64,000 bases of DNA. Origin: Amphiscolops sp. MND2022. Taxonomy: Eukaryota. The stretch lies in the NCBI GenBank assembly GCA_964187785.1, contig OZ076421.1, forward strand, positions 8,990,001 to 9,054,000. Direction: 5' to 3'. Below the pieces are notes generated by a model, which was not told the DNA's origin, made no database searches, and saw only the letters and a program-made list of their open reading frames with translations. This document shows positions 62,205 through 64,000 of this stretch, piece by piece (position 1 is the stretch's first letter; every line of letters begins with the position of its first letter). The translations under genes were made by a program, and so were the position numbers.

Positions 62205-62596
62205 GCGAACTGGTTGGCTCAAAAGAACTTGAACTACCGTGTTGTACAGGAGTGAAAAGACAACGCGGAAGTAGATTTGGAGCACTTGCTCAAGTTGAGT
62301 GACAAGACAACGCGGAAGTAGATTTGAAGCACTTGCTCAAGTTATTGGGAGGACCGCATTTCCTTTTGTTAAAACATTTATCGTCCCAGCTGCACGAAAA
62401 GTTGGAACTGACTTGTTGGAGTACGCTGTCCCTGAAATGGCAGAAGTAATTAGTGGAAAGAACAAGTGTTGGTAGAAAGACGTTGAGAGAACAACTAGGT
62501 GGCGGTAGCAAGAGAATGCGCAAAATCATTGCTACAAAATCCAAAAACATAAACAGTCTCTCGCGAGACATTTTACAAACATTTCACGCTAAACCT
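62205..62596 (+). pseudogene. Basic/amphipathic virion core-like protein
   Basis: RQRGSRFGALAQVIGRTAFPF...VPAARKVG.DLL...LGGGSKRMRK; frameshifted by a 47-bp duplication. Confidence 0.55.
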
Positions 62597-63926
62597 GAAT
62601 GCACAAAACAATTTTTGGTACCAACCTTTTGTGACCGTTTCTGGTAGAGCCCCAGTTGTCGATGACGTACTTTCCTCGCATGAACAACAAATTTATCCTA
62701 CAACGTCGTCGGATGAAAACAGGATCAGATGAGTTTGAATTTCAAACTGATCGCAACAATTACACTGATTTGCGTCAAAGGTTTCTGTCTTTAGTAGTCA
62801 AACTGGGGAAGCATTGTGGAATTGATCCGTTCAAAAAAGGAGTCAAAAAAGAACACAATGAGGCAGAGGATAAAAAGACTGATGTCGACGACAACGAGGT
62901 TCCTTTAATTATCCATGTGAACAACATTGTGCACTCTCTTTTCTCCAATATGGAAGTTTTAAAAACAACCAGCAAATTTACAATTCAAATGGACTTTATG
63001 CTCTTCAATCTTACATTTCCAACAAATTTGAAGGAGCCTACTCTGAGTATAAGGGAGTGCTACATTGTGAAGGTTATGACTTTGAAGCAAATCCAGAAGA
63101 CGCTATGGATAACCCCTTAGAGGATCCATTCTTTTCAAGGAGAATGAAAATGTTCTCCAGACCAGACGGATTTATGTTGTATGCTAAATTGCGTGTCGAT
63201 TTTTTCACCACTTTAGAGCTCTTGTACCCAAACATCAAAAATAGAGTCCGACTCATTAGAACTCGACCCAATTTTTACATGATTAGTGACAATCTTAAGG
63301 TTAGCTTTTGAATTATGGATAGTTCGCTTTATTATCGCCGTCTTACACTCAAAGACGTTTATCACAAGAAGCGAATGGATATGCTAGCTTACAGTCATGT
63401 AGAATACAACTACTTGGAGACAATTGCCAAGACTTTTATGATTCCCGCTCGTCAGAATCAATTTATACAAGAAAACATTTTCAACAATGCACCCATCCGA
63501 CGAATCGCCATAGCAATGAACACAAATTCTGCCTTTACAAGTTCCTTCACTGAAAATCCATACTGGTATCAGCAGTTTGGATTGAGACATATTAGAATAC
63601 TACGCGGCGGTCAATCTGTTGTTGAGTATGACACGACCGATAATTGCCGTCTCTTTGTTACAACAATGAGAGAAATGAATTTTCATGACGATTTACCGTC
63701 AATCCCATTTGACAATTTCAAGGATCACTATGTGCTCGAGTTTGATTTGACATCAATGCAAGACACTACTAAACATTGCCACTATCCGGAATTGATAGGC
63801 GAACCATTGCGACTGAAACTCAATTTTAATGAAGCGCTCGAAAGAATAACAGAAGTCATTATATTGGGTGAACGAATGTCGTTGGTTGCAGTCGACAAGT
63901 TTGGCGTTGTCGGTAAAAATACCTAA
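62597..63926 (+). pseudogene. Major capsid protein (double jelly-roll)
   Basis: EFQTDRN..DLRQ, VHSLFSN.EV, VDFF..ELLYP..RVRLIR, ENIFNNAPIRRIAIAM, FDLTSMQD, LRL.L.F; the C-terminal 203 aa are open. Confidence 0.9.
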
Positions 63927-63927
63927 A

Positions 63928-64000
63928 ATGGATGACATTGCTTTGCAACAAATTATTGATCGTATTCCTCTCCTCAAGTATCGGTACCTCGGCTCATTTC
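63928..64000 (+). CDS. Probable N-terminus of the adenain-like cysteine protease (truncated by the window edge)
   Basis: MDDIALQQIIDRIPLLKYRYLGSF directly after the MCP stop; position and the ..LGSF motif fit Polinton proteases. Confidence 0.55.
   Translation, partial: MDDIALQQIIDRIPLLKYRYLGSF

Larger units (their letters stand above)
49069..64000. mobile_element. Polinton/Maverick (adintovirus-like) element, degenerate, right end outside the window
   Basis: Carries the hallmark gene set (pPolB, A32-like ATPase, rve integrase, minor and major capsid, adenain). The left end starts AGTAGT exactly where the Gypsy integrase sequence stops. Confidence 0.92.

Overview
AT-rich eukaryotic (animal-like) genomic DNA made almost entirely of nested, mostly decayed mobile elements. 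No rRNA, tRNA, CRISPR array or intact housekeeping gene was seen. Left to right: (1) the 3' end and LTR of a Gypsy retrotransposon inserted into the gag-protease region of a second Gypsy; (2) an ~11.4 kb block (5378-16797) containing a three-exon Tudor-like gene, a frameshifted RAG1/Transib-like DDE transposase with a C-terminal BRCT domain, and a convergent multi-exon C2H2 + JmjC (KDM2/KDM7-type) gene, interspersed with GCGGAATCCGC repeats; (3) an internally deleted Gypsy remnant fused to an orphan ORF cluster; (4) a spliced zinc-finger, possibly hAT-like, pseudogene; (5) a near-complete Gypsy whose RT is split by a young RT-less Copia with a GGAGA target-site duplication; (6) a Gypsy 3' half carrying a gB/chuvirus-like envelope gene and a conserved extra ORF, with a 3,543-bp near-perfect tandem duplication; (7) a degenerate Polinton/Maverick inserted in that Gypsy's integrase and running off the right edge. 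The best candidate for an undescribed system is block (2): a RAG1/Transib-like transposon that appears to carry chromatin-reader and demethylase-fold cargo genes. Family assignments come from motif recognition by eye against remembered consensus sequences; no database searches were run. Coordinates of degenerate genes are approximate.
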